Positions 34,609 through 35,144 of a stretch of 35,144 bases of DNA are shown here, piece after piece. The stretch spans positions 13,959,206 to 13,994,349 of the forward strand of contig NC_069000.1 in assembly GCF_001194135.2 (NCBI RefSeq). Direction: 5' to 3'. How positions within the stretch are numbered: position 1 is the first letter of the stretch; each line of letters starts with the position of its first letter. The position numbers were made by a program, and so were the translations under genes. The DNA is from Octopus bimaculoides (Eukaryota). The notes under the pieces are model-generated. The model saw only the letters and a list, made by a program, of their open reading frames with translations. It was not told where the DNA came from and searched no databases.

Positions 34609-34809
34609 GTTATGAAGGTATAAATATATTTATACATCAAAGTAAAAATAATGAAATTCATTTGATGGTGGGATTTCCAGAAGTCCTGCTAATTGTCATA
34701 TTTGTGTTGTTCTATATAGCTTGTCTGCTTTGCATTTGTCTGATGACTAAATTATTAATTGCACGTGCATAGATCCACGAATAAAACAAAAATGAATAAA
34801 TAAATGCAT

Positions 34810-35144
34810 GTTTATATTTATTTATTTATTTATGTGTTTCAGCCAAGTGGCTGCGGTCATGCTGGTGCACCACCGTGATTTTCACGTTCCTTGCATGGCT
34901 CTTCTCCCCCACCTGACATGGTCCAATCAAGAGTTTTGATGGCACATCTGGTGTATAAGAGAATTTGACATAGCTGCCCTAAACTGCGTCTCATTACGAG
35001 CCATTGGTTCGTCTGGTATCGTGGAGAGGAAAGCGTCAAGTTTTGTCTTGAAGACCTCCGCATCCACGTCTTGCATGTCTCTCAAATGTTTTGGCAGGGC
35101 ATTGAAGAGCTGAGGTCCTCTGAAACCGAGGCTGCTGCAGTATC
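34810..35144 (-). mobile_element. CR1/L2-group LINE 3' end with (TAAA)n tail
   Basis: Minus strand 35142-34927 reads YCSSLGFRGPQLFNALPKHLRD...FKTKLDAFLSTIPDEP...SNSLIHQ...*, a CR1-type C-terminus; short 3' UTR. Confidence 0.85.

Overview
AT-rich, repeat-dense animal genomic DNA with five N-gaps. The repeat landscape strongly resembles Octopus, but that is my inference. The only host gene I can support is an axonemal outer-arm dynein heavy chain (DNAH5/DNAH8 family) on the minus strand. Twelve exons (24003-24190, 22919-23113, 14790-15086, 12805-13051, 11470-11711, 10379-10519, 8232-8472, 7038-7315, 4895-5110, 3772-4002, 2514-2677, 491-613) all have GT-AG boundaries and matching phases. They splice into 2563 nt (about 854 codons) without stops, running from the second half of AAA1 through AAA2 and AAA3 toward AAA4. 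The gene continues beyond both edges of the window. One exon is partly duplicated (100% identical) across a gap, probably an assembly artefact. The introns hold at least three tRNA-derived SINE families, RTE, CR1-like and R4-like LINE pieces, three Penelope-like GIY-YIG remnants, mariner remnants, MITE and foldback elements, a solo LTR, a SAP/SWIM-encoding DNA transposon nested in a foldback, and many microsatellites. The most notable item is a ~325 bp element at 34282-34608. It combines a tRNA-like Pol III head, an (AAT)n linker, a degenerate hammerhead-ribozyme-like core and an inverted copy of its own 3' tail, which suggests a Penelope-mobilised non-autonomous element.
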